The translations under genes were made by a program, and so were the position numbers. 64,000 nt of DNA from Phoronis australis (taxonomy: Eukaryota; Animalia; Phoronida), in assembly GCA_002633005.1 (NCBI GenBank), contig NMRA01000014.1, forward strand, positions 1,774,275 to 1,838,274. The letters run 5' to 3'. The notes under the pieces were generated by a model. The model was not told the DNA's origin and searched no databases. It saw only the letters and a list, made by a program, of their open reading frames with translations. Below are positions 25,625-39,348 of the stretch, one piece after another; position 1 is the stretch's first letter, and each line of letters begins with the position of its first letter.

Positions 25625-28600
25625 GTTCTACCCCTAGTAAAAAGCTGTCGGGCCACTGTGCAAGAAATCCAATCGATGGTCGAGGTCAATAACACGTCGG
25701 CCTCCTCTAACTTGGTCTGGCCCCCCTGTACCTCATCCATTCCCCATGATCCTGGTTTCAGCTCATGCAACAAGGCATGACCCGATGCACCGCACTGTCG
25801 CTATTTGCATGTATGCATACGTGTCATTGTGTCCCCCGCTTTTGGGGTCCATTCCGTTTTTCACTGGAACCAAGTGTATTTTACCTCTACACAAGCTAGA
25901 TCTGCACAACTCGACTAACTGCTCATGTTCGTCGCATTGTGGGAACTATTGGTCATGTGGTTCCCTCCATAATGAACATTTGATAGCAGTGATCGTAAGC
26001 ACCTAGGCCCTACTGTTTTGAAAGTTATTTTAGTCAATTAAAATTTGGGGTGTTTGTTGAAAATGGTTTAAACTTTGTGAAAACTCGTAAAGTCTGGCTT
26101 TGTTTCTTTTCCAAGCAATTTATAACTACTCTAAACGGCAACAAACAAGCAAGGGTGGATCAACTTTAACCCGAGTTCTCGCGATGACGTAGCACATATT
26201 TTGAAAGTCGGCCAGTAAAACTTATCGGTTCGTTACATTTGTCAGTTTATTGTCAGAACTTGGTACCTAAATTTCCCTACCTACGCGAGGCACAGCACTC
26301 TACTCTTTACGCACGCTATACCATTTTCACGGCACATTCTCAACCTCCGTCCGACTCCGGTTCATCTCGCGCATAAGACAAACATTGTTAGTTTGCAAAC
26401 ATAATTCCCTGCCCTAAGGCTTGTTCACCGATCCGAGCTGCAAGAATATTTTCGTGTTAACCTCACACGGTACATGTTTCATTTTTTTCAATAGAAATTG
26501 CCATTTTCCACTATACACGAATTGTCTACTGTGAATATTAATGAGTAATTAAATTTATGATGAAAATTTTCTCAGTATATCAAGATACTCGTGTTCACGG
26601 GAACAGTCAGCATACAAGGACAGTCGGCAAGTATTGTTGAGCACAAAGTTAGTTGAATAGTATTTCTACCGCATGGGTCATTTTAGAAGAACGTGAGTAT
26701 CTTTGAATTGACCTACACGACCTCAAGTCTATGGGCCAATCTCTAGGATGTATAGGTCATGTTATCTTTTTGTCCTTCATCGCTTCTAACTTAAATGGAC
26801 CCGTTGGCCCGAGCTAAGAAACGGTAGTGCGTGAAATTAATTTTTGGGCCAATCACGCGCGAGGCTCTCCAAAAATTATCCCTGCCATCGTATCCGTTAA
26901 CAGCTATATTCAACACGAAAATGTTAAGTTTTTTGGATTTAGGCGGTAGTTATGAACTGATTTCAATCGAATATTGGCGGGAAGGCATTTATACAGCAGC
27001 TGGTTTTTGCGTCGAGATTTTATAACAAATAGTACGAAGTGGCCCTAGACAAGAGTGTAGCGTGCGAGGGTACACAATATTTTTCGTTAGCAAGGAATGA
27101 GTGTGCGAGAGCGGTGGTTTTATGTGAGCAAAGAATTATGTTCGCAAAAATGCAGCTGGAGGCGGACTATAAGTCCGAGAGAAGGGAAGGACGTGCGCGA
27201 GAGAAAAGATTTGTGCGCGGGTAGGCCCGAGCCGCGCAACTGAATGGAGACGAATCTAGGTGTCCTTGAATGTTGCAAAAATTGCTTTAAGAACCAGTGA
27301 TATGCATCTAATCTTTGCACATTGTTTCGCCCGACCATCGGTTCTCTGCTACGAATAGGTCGGTCGGCATAGTATTTTAACATAATTTTTATTGTCGAAG
27401 CACATTTTATTTCTCTTTAAATAATGCATCCGCTTTTGCAATTGAAAGTATATTTCGTTTCTCAAATTGTAAAATCTTTTGAGCCTCTCACATAGTTCAT
27501 GATCGGTGGTGCGATGGTCGGCAAAGTTAATTTAATTTAGTTTTACTGTGCCACACAAACGTCCCAAATCTTCTTCTTCACTAGATAGGACATGATTTCC
27601 AATCCTACTTAAATACACTTGGAAACTATAACTGCGTCAAAATGACAACGATTTAAAACATAGAATTGGCAAGGTATAGCAAAATTGACCAAGCTGAAAC
27701 AACGACTTAGATTTTCAAATAAGTTTATTATTTCAATAAATTTGCAAATCAACAAATAATGAGTTTTGTTCGTCTTAAAACACAGTGCCTACCAGCTAGA
27801 ATATTTTTAATATTCAATCTTAATTTATACGACATTCATTCTAAGTGCAAAATTTAATTTTACAGAATTTATAACAATGACGCGGAATACTCTAGCTTCG
27901 CATTAGCATCCGAACGCTCTGCATTAAATAAAATCCAACGCTGTAAATATCACTTTGTAAATGACTGTTGAAATATTAGACCACGATTTCAGGGAATGCC
28001 TGACAGACAAGGAAGGACGAGAATTGTAGATTTGTAATAAAATCACAGCTCTGGTCAAACCCAACAACTTCAAGAGAAAATATCTACAAAAGCTTAGTCC
28101 CAACTGTAGTTTAATTTTACTGAGTAAAGTTTTCACCCATTCATGCTTTTTCTAAATTACTCGTCTAGGGGCATCTGTCAGGAGTAAATAGCGTGTGAAT
28201 ATAAAATGGTGTTCTTACATTGACAGTATTGGTACTGTATTTGATGAATAAATCGTTAAAAATAAAATTAAATAAAATGGAAATATCCCGTCGAATAATA
28301 ATCACAAAAATGCTTTTTTTAGATCGCAAAACTTTTTATCTTGTAATATTTATTAATTTGATTTTTTTAATTAAGTGCGTAATTTTAAGGCACCAACGAC
28401 TACCTGTTGCTTTATCATGCTAAAATTGATACAATTTATTGATTAACCAGTTTGCATGTTTACTCAGTGTTTCGTGCAGTACGGTAAGATGTCGAAGTGT
28501 ACGTTTTAGTGTGAATAATTTTGTAAAAAAATGTTTAGCAGGGACATTTTTTTGTTTCCTTTCTTACAGTGTATCTGACCTAACTGATATGTTTCAATAT

Positions 28601-31579
28601 GACTAATTTTTGTACAAAGTTATAGGTACAGTCAATTTGTGCTGGCGGAGAATTCGACTTTTTATCAGCGTAAGTCTGGGTATCTGTTGCACAGGTAACG
28701 TTTATTCCTCAGAAAAGTGTATTGAGACACCTGAACAGGAATTTATATTTTTATTTCTAATTTTAAACTCCGAATGCATGACGTATGTGCGAGTACCAAC
28801 TGATAAGTGTTGATGAAACTATGATAAACAAAAAGCTTTAAGAATATTAGCCTTGAATTTTCACTCACATATTCAATATATTCACGACATAATTATTAGC
28901 ATACTATATAGACATTCGCATTGGTCTGGTAGCAGATCAAAGCTCTCCTGCAATTTCGTGTGTGAAATCTTTTGAACAAACGTATTTTAATTACACTTTC
29001 CTTACCTTTTGGAATATTACCCTCTGATGTTGCCCTAGAACTTTTTAAAACCGTTTTAAATTTACAATCGAAAGGTATTTGTTTAGCCAAATTCTAACAC
29101 TGTCACCCCTTTCCCTTCTATTATTGTTATTATTATGTTACTTATTTTTATGTTGTTTACTTGTTTTATTTATGTATCTGTTATTTACTTATGTTTTATT
29201 CATTTATTAACTATTCTATTTGTTCCAGCCTGTGAATATATTTCAATTTACATATGATTAATGTTTCGTATTTTTGTCTGCCTTCACGTCTTTTTATCTG
29301 TAAGATACCACCACCGAATTAAATGTGCCATTTTCTGTTGGAATCGTAGGTGTACACATGTTATTTTTTCTTTCAGGTATTACGATTTTATCTGACTTAT
29401 TTGCCTGACATTCATTTCTGTGTGTTATATCCTAATAAAATCAACCAATCAATCAATCATAGGATGACATGAAAAATACGTGTCCATCTACAGGTAATTA
29501 TCGTAGTATCCACGTTGATTTCACGATTTGTCTCCTACAAAATATCCATAACGACCGCGTAAAAGTGGATCAAACGAACACATCGATCGATTTTCCAGCT
29601 GCATTTTAACCCCAGTTCAATTACTGTTTTGACACGGTAAAACGTTAAACTACCATCAATTAAAACAGATATATGACATGGTACAAAAATGTAAACCTCT
29701 GGCAATATTGGACGATGAGTGAGTAAGATATATATATGCCTATTTATAAGTTGGTGGCTCTCTGTACACCCCGGCCTCGTCCAACACAATCGATAACACA
29801 CAGCCCAATAGTTAAAAATCCACGATTCTGATTGGCTAGACACCAAATAGGGAAAGTCCCTTTTTTGCAGTGAGCGTGAATTCCTTGGACTTTGATGAAC
29901 TGCTGACTTATAACTCTCGCAACGATACATCTAACTATTGCTACAATTTTTTAATGCCCAGTTCTTGTTTTTATCAAACGTTTGGCGTAACTACCAGCGC
30001 TAAATACCATTTTCTTACGACATTTCCCGAATGGTAACCTTTGTTGACCTACTTGCAGACGACTCGTGTCAAAACATATGTTTAATGATTCATTTAAGTT
30101 TTTTTGATAACAGCAAAAATTTAGAATTATTAAAATATATACCAAAAACAAAGTTAAATTGTTGTATAACAAGCAAAACTGACTACTCGTTTTTCTTCTG
30201 TAGACTCAAATTTACGTTATTTGAAAGCTCGTTATTTCTTGTCATGCGCAGTAACCTTTCGTCAATGGATTACTCGTTGAGTCGAGTTCACGACACTTAC
30301 CAAAACGCCAGGCTAAAGGTGAGAGAAGAATTTACTAAGTGGACAGAATTTGTCAGCGCATACTTTGGAAATACTACCGGGAGACAACTTTCTGTATTAT
30401 ACTTTTCTATACTTTTCAATTATGGGGGGAATCCGTCTGGGATTGTGGCTTGACCCTGACTGGTTACCTCCGCAATTTATTTTCATTTCTGCAGATTGAG
30501 GTTTCAGCAAAGTGTACCTAATTTCGCAGTGATAACTGGTCACAAAAGGTAGTTTTCAATTGCAATATTTCAGGTATCTTAGACTGATTAAGAGTTTGGC
30601 TCCGTTGCAAGCCCATTTGATCATTGGAGTCTACGCATTACGATCAGTGCAGACTACGCGAGGATGTCGCGGTCGGGTCATGATTATTGATCTTTTCGTG
30701 GTTGTGTGGTACACTTGCACCCTGCGCAAGACAAAGAAATGGGTGGGTCGCCTTACGTTCACCCCCCATTGAGAGTCTCTTTCGAAGAAATTTTTTCACG
30801 TCGGTGCACACCTAATACCCGCTTAATAGATTTTTTCTGAAAGTTTTCAAACCTAACCCTATTCAGTAGGCCTACCATGTTTGCTGCCGTTTCTCATACG
30901 ATACTTTTCTGTTAACTCCCGTCTCCGCCTGAAGCCCTGAAGAGTTAATATCTACTAGCTGATCCCATGTTCACAGAAGTTTGCCCAGATCAATTTACTT
31001 TTAAAAAGTCACGCGCGTGGTTGCAGCCTACCGAGAACTGGAACCGACGAATATGTTACTGAGCTGGGGTAAGTAGCTTACCAATTTATGCCTCTCACGA
31101 ACACTGACGTCAACCAGCATTGAGTTCAACTGTTCAGTGACATAGTGTTTCAATAAGATTGCAATTCTTTCTAGTTTTGACCTCTTTATAAACATAATTC
31201 TTGTTCTGGTTTTTGTGTACACAATTTGATTAGTTCAGTCACATAAATAAAGGGTTTTGCACCAAACACATATGTTGAGAGCATTGATTCAGTTTCTGTG
31301 GCGTATGACCATGTTTCATGAAAACAATGGAAAGATGCCTGAATTACCTATTCTTGGCTTTCTCATTGATGTCATTGTCCAATGATAAATTACATGCCAA
31401 TACCGTTGGCATATATAACACAAATATACATTTTTCTCATTTTCTATTGTTGTCTTTAAAGATACATTTCATCTGGTTTATCTGGCGAAAACAAGACGAA
31501 AACTTTTACCCTCTTAAAAATCACTAGGCCTACCAACTCAAGTCACAGGTACATGGGCCATTTTCGGATTTGCTATTTT

Positions 31580-31720
31580 AGGGTTGGCCAAACCCCATAA
31601 ACTATGAAGGGTTTTCTTGAGTCTGATGGTTTCGATGCCGGTATGGAAATTCAACATTATCATTGTAAGGAATATTATGAGACCAATTTTATCTGAGTGG
31701 AAGACCTAATTTTTTTAGCC
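31580..31720 (+). repeat. Interspersed repeat family E
   Basis: GGGTTGGCCAA.CCC.ATAAACT.TGA.G...TTGAGTC..CTGATGGT is shared with 33037-33170. Its start also appears at about 50638. Confidence 0.6.
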
Positions 31721-33036
31721 CTGAGCTTAAGAAGAAGGAGGACAGCTGTAATTGTACTTTGTAAGTTTGTAATATTAATTGAAAAATATTTTAACCTGGT
31801 CTTTTTTGTTCTGTCTACTAACCTATTGAAGTCTAACATCAATAATTTGTTTGTCCCTACCAATACCCTATTTCCTTAAAAGTTGTTGTATTTTAGCTGA
31901 GTTTTTTATCTGAATTTGTTCTAAACGCTGTGACAAGTATTTTGTGGTAGGGACTTCCCAAAAGTATTGATATGTTGATGTTGTAACCAGCTGGCAAAGT
32001 GAAGTAAAATCCTAAGTTTCAAACATTTTGAAAAAATAGACATAATTCTTGCACTGGCTCACTCCTTTTCATAAGTTCTTATACATTGGTTATACGTTTT
32101 TGTATTTTCTAAACTAAAATTTGATTTTTATAGAAACTTTCATTTTTTCTAATGTTTATTACGAAAAGTACAATGTTCAATCATAAGAGTTAAACTGAGA
32201 AAGCGTCAGAGAGCATTGTGTCTTGACGAATTTTTTTTTCATTGAAACGGCCATTTTCTAAACTTAACCGCAGCTTGGCCTATTTCTATACCTTTTAAGG
32301 GTTACTTTAAGAATCCAGTTAAAGCAATTTGTTGTAAAAATTGTAGTGATCTAAGTATAATTTGCAGTTGGCTAAAAATATCTTATCACAAATTTGTTAG
32401 TCTGGCTGTTGTTAAAACGTGGTATTTTTTTAGTCTGTTCAGATCCTGTGAATGGTGTCATCAAAGATGAAACCACACTAAAACCCGAGCATTTCATAAA
32501 TTTATCACAGCCCCTGTTTTCTTTTTCTTTTTTTGACTATTAAATGCTTTGAAACGGTTATGGCCATATGGATATTTTTTTTGAAAACTTCCTACGTATT
32601 TAGTTAGGATTATTTCGAAAAAATGGGTTGTATTTATTGAAAGGGCAGTTTTGGGGAAAGCTTAAATGAGATTGGCTTGCAGTAAAATTGGTTGTAGTGT
32701 ATGGAGTTGCCGTATATGACAGGAAGTGAAAAGGTCTGCATTACGATATCCATGTGTAATTATTAATGTTGTTTTACTTCTGCGTGTAAATCTCTGCATT
32801 CGTGACACACAGCTGTTGTAAATGTATGAAAATAAACGGATGGGTCATTTTTACTTCAGAACAAATTTTAAGGCTGGACTTCACAGTTGTTTATTTTGTT
32901 GAACAAAGAAATCGAGTAAGATCTTAACTCTCATGGAATCGGTCTCTAATACTCTTGTGGGGATACGATTCCATTTCCGTATCCAGCTAAAGTCACAGGC
33001 TATGCGTACATTCGCCATTTTTAAATTCTCAGTTAT

Positions 33037-33170
33037 GGGGTTGGCCAACCCCAATAAACTCTGAGGCTTTTTATTGAGTCGCTGATGGTCCCGATATTTT
33101 TGATGTTGGTTGTGGAAAATAAAATTTGATCATGAGACTACTTTTAGAAGAGGAAGCGGTCTAATTCGAC
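33037..33170 (+). repeat. Interspersed repeat family E
   Basis: Diverged copy of 31580-31720. Confidence 0.6.
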
Positions 33171-33435
33171 TTTTGTTTTTAGCTAGGGGTCAAAATGCTG
33201 TAACCAATGGCAAAGCTAACTAAATTAGAGGAAAGGTCTGTAATGCAGCATTATATAGAATTTTTTCAAGATGAACATAATACGATGACCAATTTTTAAT
33301 TCAATTTTTTTGAGTTTCTGAACCTGGTACAGGTAGTGATGGAATTTGGTATTAAATCAATTATACATATAATGTTATCACCAGGAATAAAGTTGAGCGC
33401 GGTGAGAACGACAGAACGCTGTCAATCTCAATGTT

Positions 33436-33729
33436 NNNNNNNNNNNNNNNNNNNNNNNNNNNNNNNNNNNNNNNNNNNNNNNNNNNNNNNNNNNNNNNNN
33501 NNNNNNNNNNNNNNNNNNNNNNNNNNNNNNNNNNNNNNNNNNNNNNNNNNNNNNNNNNNNNNNNNNNNNNNNNNNNNNNNNNNNNNNNNNNNNNNNNNNN
33601 NNNNNNNNNNNNNNNNNNNNNNNNNNNNNNNNNNNNNNNNNNNNNNNNNNNNNNNNNNNNNNNNNNNNNNNNNNNNNNNNNNNNNNNNNNNNNNNNNNNN
33701 NNNNNNNNNNNNNNNNNNNNNNNNNNNNN
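33436..33729. other. Assembly gap
   Basis: Run of N. Confidence 1.
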
Positions 33730-35538
33730 ATAGCCAAGTCCCCAAAGAGAGCAACACCATGCCCTCAGGTTTTGGTTATACCTATTGCTTTTGAATAATT
33801 ATGTTAAGTATTGGGTAATAATTTCATTAAAGTAACACTATTCAGACTGCAGTGGGCACTAGACTGAAGACTGGCAGTATTGGCTCAACGCTTTCACAGG
33901 TGAGAGGTTTAAAGACACTCTAATAGTCGTGGTTGACGTGACAAGCGAAAGTTGAGCATGGTAGCTATAAATTTGAGTAGTGGTCTAATTTGAGCGCGAA
34001 TGTTCAAAAGTTAAGAATTGTGTACTTGGTACCCACGCTCAAAATGTTTGGTAAGAACTCAAAAGGACATTCTATAAATTTAAAATGTTCATGTTATTGA
34101 CGCTCAGGAAAATGACCATGTTCTAAATTCGGATTTGGCCTTTAGAAATTCTGCATGCGAAGGTTAGCCTACCGGTACACATAAAAGTTGGCCAACAAAA
34201 CAAATTGTAAAGTGCATGGCAAAAATTATTACCCAAAATATCGTATACGTTTTTGGATAACTGAGTGGGGTGTCCGATTCAGTTAAATCAAGTTGATTCA
34301 CTTCTTTACAATACGTCAGTCTGATCTACTTCTATTGACTTAGTTTTGAATTGGGTCAGGAGGTGAGATGGAAGTTGCAGAATGTGACGAGTCGTATGAA
34401 CACTCCCCGAGTGTGAAAATTTTTGCTTAATGCAATTGCACCATTTATTTTGCAAGTGTTTTTCTCAAGTGATCATCGCTTTTAGTTTAACGCGCTCTTT
34501 GCTTTGTCTTTAGAAATAATAAGGCAAAACGTTACACCAGATCTTAAAACACAGATAAGGTTGTGGTTCATTTTCGGATGTGTTTATTGAACCTGAACTT
34601 GAGTTTCCACATCAACTGGAACACATTCATTTAAGTTAACGTGGGCCATTGGAGGGTTGGCGGCTGTGAGTGCGACTGCAATGCTCCTTGAAGAAGGGAG
34701 TTTTAAATTTTAATACTGACAGTTCGAAAGAAATGTATTTTCTGTTTTTGTTTGTCGGACTTCCTGTCCATCGCTTTAAGAGCTGTAATGATCGAGCGAC
34801 ACTGTTTGTATGTTGTGTCAGGGTATGCAAATGTTGTAACTTGCACAATAAATGCACAAAAGTTGTTCCATACTGTCGATGGCAGAAATGAGCTATGGTT
34901 GTACGTCACGACGGCATTCTATCTTAATGTACCCTCGTGGAAGTGTGTGACAGGATTTAATCAGAAACGAGCAAATTTTTCTCTATGTATAATGTGACGA
35001 GCAACCGATTGTATGTGGTTCTGAATTCAAGTTCCTGGGTGAACTTTGATCTCGAAACATAGACAGAACTGACTTATGAGCACGCTGGTTTCTTCATACA
35101 ATTTAGAAGATGGTTTGGTTCTGGTTCTATTTCTGGGCCAAACTGTTCGATCTGAGACTATCTGTTTTAGTTCCAGGTTTAATAGTTTGCACTGTCGTTT
35201 GGTGAATGATCAAACTATTAAACAACTAACTGATCTGAACGAGAACTGTATGCTAAACGACGTTCCTCCAACCGGGGAATGGAGGACGGGACTTAAGGAA
35301 TGTTTAAGTTAGTTTTAAGCTTTGCCCACTAACAGCTGAATGTTAACCGTCGGTTGATCTTCAGAAGAATGCTTAGTCCGAGAATTCTCATTTCGAAATT
35401 ATTCATGTGTTTAATTAAACTTCTTCAGAAAATTGGGTCCCAATCGCAAACACTAAAGCGGAATTAAACCAGTCTTTCTGTCACAAAAAGTTTTGGTTTA
35501 AACCATTTACCCTTATGATATTGGTCTCAAGCATTTTT

Positions 35539-35886
35539 AAGTCGCTTTTACTGACTCGACAAACGCCCTACACCGAACGAGTTGTCACGGTGCGAGTTGA
35601 TCCCTGTCAGGGGCGAATTAGTCACGACACGGAACTGGATAAGCACGAAAGTCAGTCACATCTCCGATGTACAACCGTTGCTTCGCCTGATATTTTCACG
35701 TCGCCGTGGTGCTAAAACGCATATAATAGCCGGGATTCTACATGTTTGTGGGCATTTGCCAGTGTTAACCGGAGCATGCGCAGACTGGTCTCCTGTGCTA
35801 ATCCAGTTTCCGGTAATGTCGGCAGGGCTCAACACGCACCAAAACAACTCGTGCTGTGTCAATCGTTTGTCGTGTAAAAGGGGCTT
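35539..35886. mobile_element. MITE with long (~110 bp) imperfect TIRs
   Basis: Left CGACAAACG..ACGAGTTGT..GGTGCGAGTTGATCCCTG..AACTGGATAAGCAC is mirrored at right by GTGCTAATCCAGTT..CAGGGCTCAACACGCACC..ACAACTCGT..CGTTTGTCG. Confidence 0.75.
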
Positions 35887-36949
35887 TCGTCAAGGCATCG
35901 AAAGAATTAACAGATCGTTACTGGTTAACACCAATTCATAAAATGTCAGGTCACGCCGTGACTTTAGTTTTTACGACAATTTGTAAGAAGAAATTTAGGG
36001 TCTGCCAGTTCTTCCGAGACCTGAGATCACTTGTAAGGATTAGACCAATTGTATAACTGTAAGTTGTCTAAATCAAAAATTGATTTTCGGAAGAATGAAC
36101 GTGTTAATGCCGCTTTTAAATTTAAATAATAAGAAGTTGTCAATGTGTCAAGTGCCAGGAGTAGGCCTATTGAAATAAGTGAAGTACTACAAACAATTAC
36201 ATCAATAAATTTAAAAAATACTTAATAAGTATATCAGCTAAAAAGGAAAATGGCAATTAAAATTAACATGTATTAAGCATTTACAAATCAACCAGTACGT
36301 TGTAGATGGATGACTATCTATAAATTTTTCTACAAGTTTTGCTCTGTCAAAAAGGGGTGGTCCCTAAACTGGTAGGTGGCACCATGTGTGTTTGAAATTG
36401 TAATTAGTGTACCTGATACTGATGTGAATATTAAAAACATGTTCCTACGTCATGAGTAGTATTCTAAGTTTATTGTGTATTTCGTTAATTTGTTATTCCT
36501 TAGTGTTTGTAAGTATAACATCAGAAAATACAAGCTGCAGCCTCAGTAACCTCGTTCTATAGGCAGTGTTTTATTATTACTTGTTTGGATTATCAACTCA
36601 AGTTTTGAAAGAAAGTCATTGCATGTAGACCTTTCGCTTTATATACCTCGCGCGGTCATTTCGTGGTTGTAGCATGCTGACCGCTTTGAAACCTGTGCTT
36701 TTTATTTAAAAGTTTGCGTTCATATTTTCAAATTATATTGGACTGTAAGCTATGCATAAAGCGAAAATCGTCACCAACGGTCCGATTAGCTTGTATTCAT
36801 AACGCCAAGAGTAGCCATAGATCGGCTTTATGTCAGAAGGCTGAAATGACAAGGTTTTTCTCAAGCATCTTTATCAGTTAGCAACAAGTTGTCGTTTTAC
36901 ACGTTAGAAGTAAGAATCGAATTGATCACTTTAGCTGAAAATCTCTTTT

Positions 36950-37084
36950 CACTGGTCGATCTAGGGTGTTGCAAAGGGTGCTTACACCCACAATTTCCGA
37001 AGGACAGTGTAAGGCATGCCAGTTGCGTTCTTATGGTGGACTCCCGTGGGGAGGGGGCTTCCGGGCCCCCTTAAAATCCACCTG
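36950..37084. mobile_element. Short CA...TG MITE with 5-bp TSD
   Basis: CACTGGTCGATCT...AAATCCACCTG flanked by CTTTT/CTTTT. Confidence 0.55.
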
Positions 37085-39107
37085 CTTTTAGAGGTAATTG
37101 TGTTTACCTTATCGATTCAACAATGCATTTCTAGTCGAAAGGCTAACATTTCTTATTGCCTGTATTCTCTTTTACATAGAGGCAAGACGTGCTTAACGAG
37201 TTACGAATTGTCGTTAAACCATCCTCGTTAGCAGCCAGAAATTTGATTTTTTTTCTTTTTGAGTCAGTCCGGAGCTTTGAATACTTAGAAACTATAAGAC
37301 TATGTTCTTGTCAAATCGAATGTCCTGTTGGTAGTCCCCGGAACAGACACTTGCAGGACGAGATTTGCGGTATGAACGAGTTCTGTAGACGCAAGACCTT
37401 GACGATGTTGCAGTATGAAATCTTCGCTTATGGAGCGGAGACAGCAAATCCTATCTGGACGATTCATGAATTCTATCCCCAAATTCATCCTTCTGACCTT
37501 ATAGACCAATTACTATGTGTTAGTATCCAACATTTTTGTCCTGTGCATACACGCAAACCACCAGCTTCACTTGCCTGCTATCTCACTTTTGTTCCAAGCA
37601 AATTCGTTGGTTTTCATTCCGAACTCTAAGTATACTCCTGGTTCAATGTGAACAAAAGGAAGTGAATATTTTAGTGAGTAATTTATATACGGCGATACAA
37701 GTTCAACGATCGCAATGTGTTTCTAAAGAGACATTGTAGTTTTTACAACCGAAAAACGGATTTGGGTATTATTTTTGGGTGAGGTAGAGTTCTTGTAGTT
37801 ATTAACTTTAACCAGAACTCTATAAAACAAAATCTGTCGTTTTGTGATTTCGTTGCTAATATTATAAACAAGTTGCCATTTTTTGTCGATGTCTGCGTAA
37901 CAGTGGCTTAAGTCAAGGCGCCTCTCATACTTTTTTTCAAATACTGTTCTCGCAGAAAACGTCCGTTTAACCTTTTCGGAATATTCAACACTGTAAATTC
38001 AACATGGCACATGTTACAATCTTCCATCACCAGTTAGAACTGATGTGTTTAATTACACACAGACTGTCAAAGGATGGGCATGACACATTTGACACGAGGG
38101 ATTTCAAGAATTCTAGAATATTCACCATCACCCTAATAACGTATTTCTTCTTGTTCAGTTCATTATGAAGTGCGTGAAATTGAATACCATTTCACGAATT
38201 TGTCCCAAACAACACTTCATTAGTTTGGAACTTTTTCTTATTCAGTGTCCTGATTTTATTAGGTGAATCTGTATTTCCTTTGTTTTTGGAAAAAAGTCTG
38301 CGAGTCCAGTGGCTTTCGACTTCCGTATTTAAACAGCTTTGAACCAAGGTATGTCTACTCGACAACGTTGCCCATGTGAAACCAATGCGCCGTGAAGCAG
38401 TCTACCGTTATAGTCCAAATGAATACCAGGATAACGTCGTAAACGGGACTGGGTTGTACATGTGCTTCTTTCCTGGATTTTTTCGATTCTTTCTCTGCGA
38501 TGTCGAACCGTATACAGTAGCTTGCCTGTGTTAACCTGGGCGGCTGGACTATTCGGCTTCACCGGTAAACAGGCAACAGCCGATGAGGTCGTCACATTGA
38601 TTTCAGACAACTTTGACTGCATGCCTTCGTGAGGAATCAACGGAGTTTGCTATCTTGTAGCTCTGTTCAAAGCTAATACTGATTTGAACAAGTTACTTTA
38701 ACTCAAAATAACCTCCAAAGTCCGGGGTTTTTTTCGACTATAAAACCGATTATGTCATTTGGTCACGAGGTTTTTGCTGCTAATTGTGTTTCATTTGTTG
38801 CTTTTCGACAAAAACAAACAGAAAACGGAGACAACATCCACAATTTACGAGAAATTGAAAGTTGTTATTAATTTGGCTTTGTTTGTTTTTAATGACGCAT
38901 ACAACGAGGGCTGACGTCTCTTCACCGAAGATAACCTTATCTAGGCCTATTTTCGGCATTTGTGCTTCCTTGTTTCGGACATTTTCATGAGCTCTAAATG
39001 ACTTACATACTTGGCACATATTAATGACACGTACGTGTTACTGATACAGATCACGACTTTATTGTACATCTCTGTCACGCTTGAAAAAGTCAGTTGTATT
39101 ATAATTA

Positions 39108-39348
39108 CATGCGTGCACCCAGTCTAAAACATAAGGGGGCTCGAATTTTTCGGTATGCGGACCTTTTACTGAAAAAGAATCAACGATGCAAAAAAAAACC
39201 CGGGCCTTACCAGGTTCAGGCCACGCCAAATTCCTGTGAACTTTTGTCTCCTTTGCTGGGGCTTTTTGTTTCGTTAAGGCGAACCTTTTGTCTAATTCGC
39301 CAAATTGGGGTGCTCGTTCGAGCACCCCCCCCCCCGGATGCGCCCATG
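39108..39348 (+). mobile_element. MITE family B
   Basis: CATGCGTGCACCC...GGATGCGCCCATG with exact TSD AATTA/AATTA. Confidence 0.85.

Noticed and set aside
37189-37629. 146-aa plus-strand ORF (and the 140-aa ORF at 30031-30453)
   Set aside because: No motif, and no coherent splice structure or start context; the length is attainable by chance.
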